Assembly: GCA_045531675.1 (NCBI GenBank)
Contig: JAZSEN010000057.1
Span: forward strand, 10,143 to 74,142
DNA from: Faecousia sp.
Lineage (GTDB): Bacteria > Bacillota > Clostridia > Oscillospirales > Oscillospiraceae
Direction of reading: 5' to 3'
Length of the DNA stretch: 64,000 nt
The notes under the pieces were generated by a model, which had not been told where the DNA came from, searched no databases, and saw only the letters and a program-made list of their open reading frames with translations. The position numbers were made by a program, and so were the translations under genes. Positions 1 through 6,681 of this stretch are shown one piece after another; the first letter of the stretch is position 1, and every line of letters starts with the position of its first letter.

Positions 1-101
1 AGTCAGAAATGTCAGGGAAGCCATCGAAATAGCAGTATAATTTCTATCAAAAAAGCCGCTACTCAGGTAGCGACTTTTTTGATAAATAAGAGGGGAGAGC
101 A

Positions 102-1103
102 TTAGTTTTTTTCGTAGTCCAGCTTGGAAAGGGGATTGGCTTCAGCAGCAATTTTTAGCTCAGTGTTCTCAATATGGGTATAAATCTGGGTAGTATTCAG
201 ATTTTCGTGCCCCAAAACTTCTTGAACAGTCTTTACATCAACGCCACCTGAGAGCATCATAGTAGCTGCTGTATGGCGCAGTTTATGAGCTGAAAACTGT
301 GTAGGATCCAGTCCGGCTTGCAATAAAGCTTTCTTAACGAGTCGATGTACGGCCTCGACACTGATTCGATTACCATTTCTGGAACCAAATAGAGCGCGAT
401 TATCAGACAGTATTTTTTTGTTGCGTTCGGCGAGGTAGATGTCCAATGCTTTTCGACATGGAGTACCAAAATATACGAAGCGTTCTTTGTTTCCTTTACC
501 AACAACACGAATTCGGTCTTCGTAAACATCCGTTAAATTTAAGCCAACCAGCTCGCTTCGACGAATACCACAATTCAAGAATAGCATTAAAATAGCATAA
601 TCCCGTTTTTGATTTGTGCCATTAACCGCCTGCAGCAAAGCAGACGATTGCTCCATGGTCAGGTATTTCGGAAGACTTTTCCGTAGCTTTGGATACTCAA
701 GCTCAGCAACCGGGTTTTCATCTAATTGCTTGGTTCGAATGGTAAGATATTTGAAAAATGATTTAATAGCAGAAAGCTTCCTTGCTCTGGAAGATGGTCC
801 GATTCCAAAATCAGGCGAAGGAGCATCTGGATTGGATGTGCGATCTCTGGAAAGATAGGATAAGAAGTCAAATACATCCGAAGTGGTGATTTGGCGAATA
901 AAATTAATATCCACATCTTTAATTGGAATATCATCAAGAATGGTGCGAATGGGCATTTCGTAACGCATCAGTTTTATGAAACGAAAAAACATTCGTAAAT
1001 CCAGATGATACTCTGCGATGGTCAATTCGGATTGTCCTTTGATTGTCTCGTGATACGTCAGGAAGTCGCGCAGAATCTGGGGAGAATCGTAGTATTGTTT
1101 CAT
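102..1103 (-). CDS. xerC: Xer-family tyrosine recombinase (XerC/XerS-like stand-alone type) adjacent to a dif-like site
   Basis: Catalytic motifs GIRRSEL, GKGNKER, SAHKLRH, LGH, TQIYTH; N-terminal SAM-like domain. Start moved to ATG 1103 (GGAGG RBS). XerC vs XerS assignment is uncertain. Confidence 0.85.
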   Translation of the reverse strand: MKQYYDSPQILRDFLTYHETIKGQSELTIAEYHLDLRMFFRFIKLMRYEMPIRTILDDIPIKDVDINFIRQITTSDVFDFLSYLSRDRTSNPDAPSPDFGIGPSSRARKLSAIKSFFKYLTIRTKQLDENPVAELEYPKLRKSLPKYLTMEQSSALLQAVNGTNQKRDYAILMLFLNCGIRRSELVGLNLTDVYEDRIRVVGKGNKERFVYFGTPCRKALDIYLAERNKKILSDNRALFGSRNGNRISVEAVHRLVKKALLQAGLDPTQFSAHKLRHTAATMMLSGGVDVKTVQEVLGHENLNTTQIYTHIENTELKIAAEANPLSKLDYEKN

Positions 1104-1142
1104 TACAAGCCTCCAGCATATATGATTGTTGTCCACACTGAT

Positions 1143-1171
1143 ATTGTATCATAAAAACACTTCGAACGCAA
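1143..1171 (-). promoter_or_regulatory. sigmaA-type promoter of the recombinase; -35 lies inside the dif-like left arm
   Basis: Minus strand TTGCGT-17 bp-TACAAT with extended TG, about 40 bp upstream of the ATG. Confidence 0.6.
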
Positions 1172-1196
1172 CAAAATTTTTATTTTGTTGCGTTCG
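1163..1196. other. dif-like tyrosine recombinase site / attL
   Basis: Perfect inverted repeat CGAACGCAACAAAA-TTTTTA-TTTTGTTGCGTTCG (14-6-14), immediately upstream of the recombinase gene. Confidence 0.75.
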
Positions 1197-1205
1197 TTTT
1201 GCGTC

Positions 1206-1304
1206 GGGATACTTACCAACAGGTATCCCCTCGTGATGGGATACTTACCAGTAGGTATCCTTTCTGACGTCTAAATACTTGGGATACTTACCAGTAAGTA
1301 TCCC
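1206..1304 (+). repeat. Three copies of a 24-bp palindrome GGGATACTTACCAGTA(A/G)GTATCCC
   Basis: Copies at 1206-1229 (central variant CCAACAG), 1238-1260 and 1281-1304. Confidence 0.95.
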
Positions 1305-1319
1305 CTTTGAGGTGATTAT

Positions 1320-1505
1320 ATGCAAAATTCTATTGTTATGGCTTTTCGTAAGCGTATGAAGTCTTGCGGTTATACCGAAATATCTATTTACAAGTTGCGT
1401 CCTTTCAACGGATACTATTTGGTTACTGCCGTTGAGCCACTTTCTCACATGAAGGTATCAGCAAAATTCGATCATTTTGATATGAACGCAGCATTTCGAT
1501 TCTAA
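1320..1505 (+). CDS. Small prophage hypothetical protein (61 aa)
   Basis: GAGGTG RBS, T-ending codon usage like the other prophage genes, followed by a terminator. Confidence 0.65.
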   Translation: MQNSIVMAFRKRMKSCGYTEISIYKLRPFNGYYLVTAVEPLSHMKVSAKFDHFDMNAAFRF

Positions 1506-1512
1506 ACGATGG

Positions 1513-1569
1513 CACCCTCTAGACGGGATACTTACCAGTAGGTATCCCCTCCAGAGGGTGTTTTCTTTT
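1513..1569 (+). terminator. Intrinsic terminator whose stem contains the 4th palindrome copy (1525-1548)
   Basis: CACCCTCT...GGGATACTTACCAGTAGGTATCCC...AGAGGGTG followed by TTTTCTTTT. Confidence 0.65.
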
Positions 1570-2113
1570 GCTCAGATTGCGGACGGATGATGTGTATCTG
1601 GTGGGCGTACGTTTTGGGTCGTTTTGGCGGTTTGGTAGGCGTGCATCCTGTCTCATGAGACGTTATGTAGTTTGTTTTGTCCTCCGTTTGTAGACTTCGT
1701 CCTCCCCCTTTCGCTGGCGCAGGTGCGAGTTCCTCTTTAACGGTGGTGTACGGATAGCGAAGCTGAAAGGCGGTGGCACAGTATGGCGTGGGTCGATAAA
1801 GGCTTGTCCGCCGTTCCTGCTGGCACTTCCTCGGTCTTGCCGCACCCGTGACGCAGTCACCCTTGTCAAATACTCGTGCAGGCATTGGCGCTCGGTACAA
1901 ATGCTTGTTGCCTTAGCACGGTACACTCTTGCATTTTATAAAACTGTTAGTGTCTCAGCTTGGAACGCTGGTTGTTTCCCCTTCGTCTACTGCCGGGTTT
2001 AGCGTCTTCTGAATAGTTTGATGTATAGTCCAAATGCTATGGATCCTCCAGTGATTACGCTCAACCAGAAAAAAGGATTTTGCATGATTATATCTACGAT
2101 TGCGCCCATCATT

Positions 2114-2362
2114 TCAGTTCCCTCCCCTCTTGCGTGTTTTGCTATGTCCATAGGGCATTCCTTCTGGAAGTCCTACAATATAGTCGAGTGATACGTTGTA
2201 GTATTTAGCTAATGTGATTATTTTATGGAGCGGTATTTCTTGTGCCCCTCTTTCCCATCGGCTGTACTGTTCTCTTGTTGTGTCAAGTATTGGAGCTATT
2301 ACTGCTTGCGTCTTGTCTGCATCTTCCCTTAGGTCTTTAATTCTTGGGTAAATGTGCTTCAT
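2114..2362 (-). CDS. XRE/Cro-CI family HTH repressor (82 aa)
   Basis: RIKDLREDADKTQ..IA..L..TREQYSRWERG..EIP...IITLAKYYNVSLDYIVG; GGAGG RBS; divergent from the main operon. Confidence 0.9.
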   Translation of the reverse strand: MKHIYPRIKDLREDADKTQAVIAPILDTTREQYSRWERGAQEIPLHKIITLAKYYNVSLDYIVGLPEGMPYGHSKTRKRGGN

Positions 2363-2403
2363 CTTCTGCCCTCCATTTTGTGCTGTTTTAACAAATATAG
2401 CAC

Positions 2404-2475
2404 GGAACATAATTGTTCCCTTGACTTCGGAACAAAATTGCTCCATAATACTGTTATCCGAAACATATTTGTTCC
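2404..2475 (+). promoter_or_regulatory. Prophage rightward promoter with three palindromic operators
   Basis: TTGACT(2421)-17 bp-CATAAT(2444); operators GGAACATAATTGTTCC 2404-2419, GGAACAAAATTGCTCC 2429-2444, GAAACATATTTGTTCC 2460-2475. Confidence 0.75.
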
Positions 2476-2492
2476 ATACTGGAGGCGTAAAT

Positions 2493-2843
2493 ATGTCACA
2501 GCTTGAAAGTACCGTGTTCCCCACACGTCCGGATTTATCCTGTTATGATGTTAAGTTTGACAAGGTACATCGTGGACTTTATCGTGTGACTTATCTGTGG
2601 TCCGGTGATAGTTCTATCCGTATTGGGGTTGTTGTTGCGGTTAAGAATGCAACTCATAACGCCACCTGGGTATTTTTCCCCACGAAGGATTTTCGTGATT
2701 CTTTCGCTGTCCCTTATAGGGGGCTCGGTTTTGGGTGTAGTCGGCGTGTCGCTGTCCGGAATTTTCTTGACGGCAAACATCAGCGATTCCGAACTGGCGC
2801 TTCTTCCCCTTGGATTAAATCAACAGTGACGTGTGGGAGGTGA
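2493..2843 (+). CDS. Prophage hypothetical protein (116 aa, basic)
   Basis: GGAGG RBS before ATG 2493; first gene after the promoter. Confidence 0.7.
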   Translation: MSQLESTVFPTRPDLSCYDVKFDKVHRGLYRVTYLWSGDSSIRIGVVVAVKNATHNATWVFFPTKDFRDSFAVPYRGLGFGCSRRVAVRNFLDGKHQRFRTGASSPWIKSTVTCGR

Positions 2844-2847
2844 TTAG

Positions 2848-3096
2848 ATGTTGAAGAAATTCTTTAAGAAAATCCGTAGTAGCAAATTGCTTTGTGCTAC
2901 TATTTCTGCAGTAATTCCTGGTGCTCTTATTCCCGTTGTTATGATGCTTATGTGCAAGTTTGCGGGTTTTGAGGGCTGGCCTGTTGATGCTGGTTGGCTT
3001 TTTGGTTTTTGTTTAGGTACATTCTTGTCTCTTCTTTCTGATGACCTTTACGACCTTCTCCGTGGTCCTGCCGCACGTTCTGATGAAAACGATTAA
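2848..3096 (+). CDS. Prophage two-TM small membrane protein
   Basis: GGAGGT RBS; basic N-terminus and two hydrophobic segments. Confidence 0.7.
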   Translation: MLKKFFKKIRSSKLLCATISAVIPGALIPVVMMLMCKFAGFEGWPVDAGWLFGFCLGTFLSLLSDDLYDLLRGPAARSDEND

Positions 3097-3255
3097 CGCC
3101 CGTAAGGCGTCAATATAAACAACCCCTCGACAAGATGGGCGCTCTCGTTTTCTGGTTCTGGGTATTGGGTAATCATCCCCATGTAAAAGGTATGTCCGCC
3201 CGGAAATTGCCCGTAGGAGCTTTGGAGAGGAAAATAAAAAATGGAGGAAAAAGCA

Positions 3256-3642
3256 ATGAAAAAGATTATTGTAATCCTGTTGGTTCTTGTCTCCTGTTTA
3301 TGTATGTTCTCTGGGTGCGAACTTAATGCTGCAACTACTGTTAATCATAACTTAACTCAGGCGGCTGATAACTTCGAATGTCTGCGTAAAATTACTGTCT
3401 ACAACGCCCGGACGGACTTGATTGTTATGCAGATGGAGGGGTATATGAGCTTGTCTAATAATTCCTCCAGTGAATTGGTTGTTACTTGTAAGACTGGTGA
3501 AAACGAATATAAGAAAAATTATATCTATCTCAACGAATATGTTATTTATGTTGTTGAAGATATTACCGGAACTGTGACTGATCCGTTCCATTATAAAGTT
3601 CATTTTTACACAGCTTTGCCTGATGTAGATATTAATCATTAA
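3256..3642 (+). CDS. Phage-type lipoprotein (128 aa)
   Basis: MKK plus hydrophobic stretch and lipobox FSGC; ADNFE..RKITVYNARTD motif recalled from Firmicutes phage lipoproteins. Confidence 0.75.
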   Translation: MKKIIVILLVLVSCLCMFSGCELNAATTVNHNLTQAADNFECLRKITVYNARTDLIVMQMEGYMSLSNNSSSELVVTCKTGENEYKKNYIYLNEYVIYVVEDITGTVTDPFHYKVHFYTALPDVDINH

Positions 3643-3654
3643 AATTTAGGAGGC

Positions 3655-3942
3655 ATGAAAACAATGAAAACTACCGCTAAAGTCCTCGCTGTGCGTCGGT
3701 TGGATTTTACCACCGTAAAAGAGGAAAAGATTCAGGGCCGTCAGCTCTGGGCCTGTGCTCCCACGGATGACCCGGCTTGGAACGGTCATGAGGTCCTGAA
3801 AATCTGGGTGCCGGACACTGACATTCACGCTCCTGACTGTGCTGCCCTGATACACGGGGACACCATCGAGATTGATTTCAACCGCCGTGGCAAGCCGTTT
3901 GTGGTTTGCTATACTCCGGAGGTTTACGGAAGTGGATCCTAA
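3655..3942 (+). CDS. Putative ssDNA-binding protein (pV-like)
   Basis: About 95 aa beta-rich pattern (VRRLDF...IQG...GDTIEIDFNRRGK), AGGAGG RBS, near rep. Confidence 0.6.
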   Translation: MKTMKTTAKVLAVRRLDFTTVKEEKIQGRQLWACAPTDDPAWNGHEVLKIWVPDTDIHAPDCAALIHGDTIEIDFNRRGKPFVVCYTPEVYGSGS

Positions 3943-4132
3943 GACTTCCACCGAGTGGACTATTAACGTACCTCTTTCTGCTCTTCTTGCTTTGCAAGAA
4001 CTTCCTGCTCAGATGATACTGCTGCAAACTGAATTGACTCAGCTTCGTCGGGAACTGGAAGCCCTTCGGGTGATTCAGTCCCAGACATTACAGCTTGTAT
4101 CTGACCTTAAACGTACGTTGAGAATCCACTAA
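3932..4132 (+). CDS. Small coiled-coil protein (66 aa)
   Basis: GGAGG RBS then GTG 3932; Leu heptads LQTELTQLRRELEAL. Confidence 0.6.
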   Translation: MDPKTSTEWTINVPLSALLALQELPAQMILLQTELTQLRRELEALRVIQSQTLQLVSDLKRTLRIH

Positions 4133-4139
4133 TTATTTA

Positions 4140-4169
4140 TAAGGGATACTTACCAGTAAGTATCCCTTA
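4140..4169. repeat. 5th copy of the palindrome, extended to 14-2-14
   Basis: TAAGGGATACTTAC-CA-GTAAGTATCCCTTA. Confidence 0.95.
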
Positions 4170-4227
4170 ATGATCGAAATGACCGCCGTGACGGCTGGAC
4201 ATTCTTCCTCTTTTGTGTAGATTCGTA

Positions 4228-4270
4228 GTCCCAAGCTGGCCCGAAGGGCCAGCAATGGGACACTTGACAA
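4228..4270 (+). other. Candidate rolling-circle double-strand origin
   Basis: GC-rich hairpin GTCCCA-A-GCTGGCCC-GAA-GGGCCAGC-AA-TGGGAC followed by ACTTGACAA (resembles the phiX174/pC194 nick motif CTTG^ATA), just upstream of rep. Confidence 0.5.
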
Positions 4271-4288
4271 ATTAACGAATTACGGGAA

Positions 4289-5230
4289 GTGTCCGCCATG
4301 AAAATAACGCCTTACGGACCGTATGACCTTGTTGAACAGCGCAAGCATACGGTATACCGGTTCACGGATAACATCTGGAAAATCGTTCAATTTTACGATG
4401 ACCGGGAACGTCATGGGCCGGGCCCTGCTGTAAATCATAAGTCCTATGATGAAAAACTTCCGGCTAGTATTTCACGTGCCAAACGTGTCATTCTTGAACT
4501 TGCTCTTTGCAATCCATGGGATTACTTCGTTACTCTGACAATCTCTTCTGATTCAGACCGTACGAACTTGCAAGGATGGCTGGATAGTTTTCTTCAATGG
4601 CTACGCGATCAACGAAAGAAGGGTCAGGATCTTGCCTATGTATTGATTCCGGAACGGCATCTTGATGGCTCTTGGCATGCTCATGGACTTCTTAAAGGTA
4701 TCCGTGATGCTGATGTTGAATCCTTCTACTCCATGCGTAAACGTGGTGTGAAAGTCCCTTCTAAGCTGGTTAAGGGCGGATATTTTAACTGGATTCCATA
4801 TGGTGAAAAATTCGGTTTTGTTTCCCTTGGTCGTATTAAGGATCCTGTGGCTTGCGCTTTCTACTGCACTAAATACGTTACGAAAGATAATAGCCGGCTT
4901 GTTTCAGATGTTGGTTGGCATCTCTACCGGGCTTCACGTGGTCTATTGCGTCCGGACAAAATGTTTGATTTGTATACCCGTAGTCCGGATATAGACCGGT
5001 TACTGACCGGTAAATATGAGTTTTGTAGTGTTGGTTTTGCTCTTCCCCGGCATGAACTAAGCTGGGCTGATTTCATGTCTCTGGATGATAGCCACATTGA
5101 TTTTCAGTCCATGGATCCGCTGGATGCCTATGACGACGCTGTGGGTGAGGCGGAACGGTATTTCGAATTTGAGCAAATGGCTCTTGATTATTGGAGCACT
5201 CATACATATCAGTTTTTTGGAGGTTTATAA
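4289..5230 (+). CDS. rep: Rolling-circle replication initiator (HUH endonuclease)
   Basis: Motif I FVTLT, motif II ERHLDGSWHAHGL, motif III YCTKYVTK; start may be ATG 4298. Confidence 0.9.
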   Translation: MSAMKITPYGPYDLVEQRKHTVYRFTDNIWKIVQFYDDRERHGPGPAVNHKSYDEKLPASISRAKRVILELALCNPWDYFVTLTISSDSDRTNLQGWLDSFLQWLRDQRKKGQDLAYVLIPERHLDGSWHAHGLLKGIRDADVESFYSMRKRGVKVPSKLVKGGYFNWIPYGEKFGFVSLGRIKDPVACAFYCTKYVTKDNSRLVSDVGWHLYRASRGLLRPDKMFDLYTRSPDIDRLLTGKYEFCSVGFALPRHELSWADFMSLDDSHIDFQSMDPLDAYDDAVGEAERYFEFEQMALDYWSTHTYQFFGGL

Positions 5231-5231
5231 A

Positions 5232-5375
5232 ATGCTCAATCTTATTCTTCTTGCCTTTGTGGCTGTTCTCTTCCTTTACATCGGTATTTGCGTTGGTATC
5301 TCCGATTGCAAGCGCCGGTTCGGGATCCCAAAGTCTGCTGTTGGAGTTGATGCTGATGGATACATCTACTCTTGA
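5232..5375 (+). CDS. Small single-TM virion protein (pVII/pIX-like, 47 aa)
   Basis: GGAGG RBS; MLNLILLAFVAVLFLYIGICVG hydrophobic segment. Confidence 0.6.
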   Translation: MLNLILLAFVAVLFLYIGICVGISDCKRRFGIPKSAVGVDADGYIYS

Positions 5376-5502
5376 AATATTGTTAGCCCAAAATAACGAA
5401 TTGCTCCAAGGCATTTATACCGTATTGCTTTTCTCTGTCGGTGTGACTGCCGCATGCTTTGTTATTTTTCTGCTATATAAGTTCCTGCGTTTATTTTTTT
5501 AA
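5356..5502 (+). CDS. Small single-TM virion protein (pVII/pIX-like, 48 aa)
   Basis: MDTSTLEILL...single TM...LYKFLRLFF; GGAG RBS. Confidence 0.65.
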   Translation: MDTSTLEILLAQNNELLQGIYTVLLFSVGVTAACFVIFLLYKFLRLFF

Positions 5503-5517
5503 GAAAGGAGTTCTATC

Positions 5518-5670
5518 ATGGAAGGTTTCACTATTACTGCAGAAATGGTTCAGCCCATTACTGATGCTATTTCTTCCGGTCTGACTACTCTGGTGCCTAT
5601 CGGCATCGGCATCATGGCTACCTTTATTGGTATCAGCCTGATTCCTCGCATCATCTACAAGTTCCTGTAA
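5518..5670 (+). CDS. Major coat protein (pVIII-like, 50 aa); absent from the ORF track
   Basis: MEGFTITAEMVQPITDAISSGLTTLVPIGIGIMATFIGISLIPRIIYKFL: acidic N-terminus, TM, basic C-terminus; strong AGAAAGGAG RBS; terminator directly after. Confidence 0.85.
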   Translation: MEGFTITAEMVQPITDAISSGLTTLVPIGIGIMATFIGISLIPRIIYKFL

Positions 5671-5679
5671 TTCCTGCAT

Positions 5680-5713
5680 GGGTAGGGCGTTCTGCCCTAC
5701 CCTAAATTTTTTT
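5680..5713 (+). terminator. Intrinsic terminator after the major coat gene
   Basis: GGGTAGGGC-GTTCT-GCCCTACCC then TAAA and a T7 run. Confidence 0.7.
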
Positions 5714-5727
5714 GAAAGGTGGTTTCT

Positions 5728-6681
5728 ATGAAAAAGGTTTTATTTTTCTTTTTGGCTCTTTGTCTCGTATTTTCTCTTTCTGTTCCGGTTCTGGCTGAAT
5801 CTGAAAATCCTGTGTACGTGCTTTCCGGAAAATGGACTTTCAATCCCCAGATAAGTTACCCGTCATATCTTCCGGAGTGTCTTGCTGGTCAAACACTTTT
5901 AGTAGCTGATGTAAATTTTATAGCTAGAGGTGTACAGAATACAAATTTTATTATTACGTGTGATGATAATTATGGTACTTCATTGGTTTTTAGTAGTAAG
6001 CTCCGTTATTTTTATGATTTAGCACAATGGAAAGATGATACTAGTCGTTATATTGACTTCGGAGACACTCCGCAGATAGTTACATCTGACTTTTATCATT
6101 GGTTTACGGATAATGCCGTTCGTACTGTCTGTAACAGCTCCACATGTACTTTTTCTGATTTGAATTCGGACTTCATTTGCGATATTTGTGGTTGTCCTTG
6201 TGACTTTTCTAATCGTACGTATAATTATGTTGAGACTGTGACTTTTAGAAAAGCTTCAGGCGGATTTGCAAAGGCTGAATACCGCTCTTCTACTCCTGTC
6301 AATATTCGTGGTTATATTGATGGTTCTGCGTATCGTGTTGATGCTGAATCGTCTGTTTGGGTTGTCGTTTATAGCAGTGATGATAATTATGCATGGACTG
6401 AGACAGCATCGGGCGATTTTCTTACGCATTATCCATCTTTTGACCTTGATGACGAAGTAATAGCATCTACTTTCAATTGGTATTCTTCTTCTAGCGGTGA
6501 TATTTTTTTTCCGTTGCCCCTCTGGACTACGGTATCCAACTCAGCGCAGAGGGGTCTACAAGTGGAACAACAAGCGGTGGTTGGAGTGATGATAACTCTG
6601 GCACTTTGTGGGGTTGGCTGTCTAACGTTGTTAGCGGTCTTGAAACTGTTTGGAAAGCGATCACTGATTTACCGCAGATGA
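5728..6681 (+). CDS. Adhesin/attachment protein, 0-frame product (317 aa): signal peptide, ectodomain, coat-like C-terminal TM anchor
   Basis: MKKVLFFFLALCLVFSLSVPVLA signal; C-terminal TM then GKRSLIYRR; GAAAGGTGGT RBS. Confidence 0.8.
   Translation: MKKVLFFFLALCLVFSLSVPVLAESENPVYVLSGKWTFNPQISYPSYLPECLAGQTLLVADVNFIARGVQNTNFIITCDDNYGTSLVFSSKLRYFYDLAQWKDDTSRYIDFGDTPQIVTSDFYHWFTDNAVRTVCNSSTCTFSDLNSDFICDICGCPCDFSNRTYNYVETVTFRKASGGFAKAEYRSSTPVNIRGYIDGSAYRVDAESSVWVVVYSSDDNYAWTETASGDFLTHYPSFDLDDEVIASTFNWYSSSSGDIFFPLPLWTTVSNSAQRGLQVEQQAVVGVMITLALCGVGCLTLLAVLKLFGKRSLIYRR
6504..6585 (+). other. Putative -1 programmed ribosomal frameshift signal
   Basis: In-frame T TTT TTT (6504-6510), 6-nt spacer, stem CCCCTCTG(6517-24)/CAGAGGGG(6547-54), loop TCCAAC(6535-40) complementary to GTTGGA(6580-85). 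Confidence 0.7.

Noticed and set aside
1206-1304. Possible mini CRISPR array
   Set aside because: Gaps between repeats are only about 8 and 19-20 bp, other copies are dispersed, and no cas genes are present.
1532-1926. Minus-strand ORFs of 122 and 87 aa
   Set aside because: No RBS or recognisable motifs; they overlap a hairpin-rich non-coding region.
2404-2475. LexA (Cheo) boxes
   Set aside because: Firmicutes SOS boxes are GAAC-N4-GTTC; these are GAAC-N6-GTTC and sit beside a phage repressor.
3097-3240. Possible ribozyme or structured RNA in the prophage intergenic gap
   Set aside because: Only one short hairpin (ACGCC-CGTAA-GGCGT); no match to ribozyme consensus sequences I could recognise.
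6503-6510. T8 run as a sequencing indel or phase-variable tract
   Set aside because: Not fully excluded without reads, but a correctly spaced stem/pseudoknot and meaningful proteins in both frames favour programmed frameshifting.
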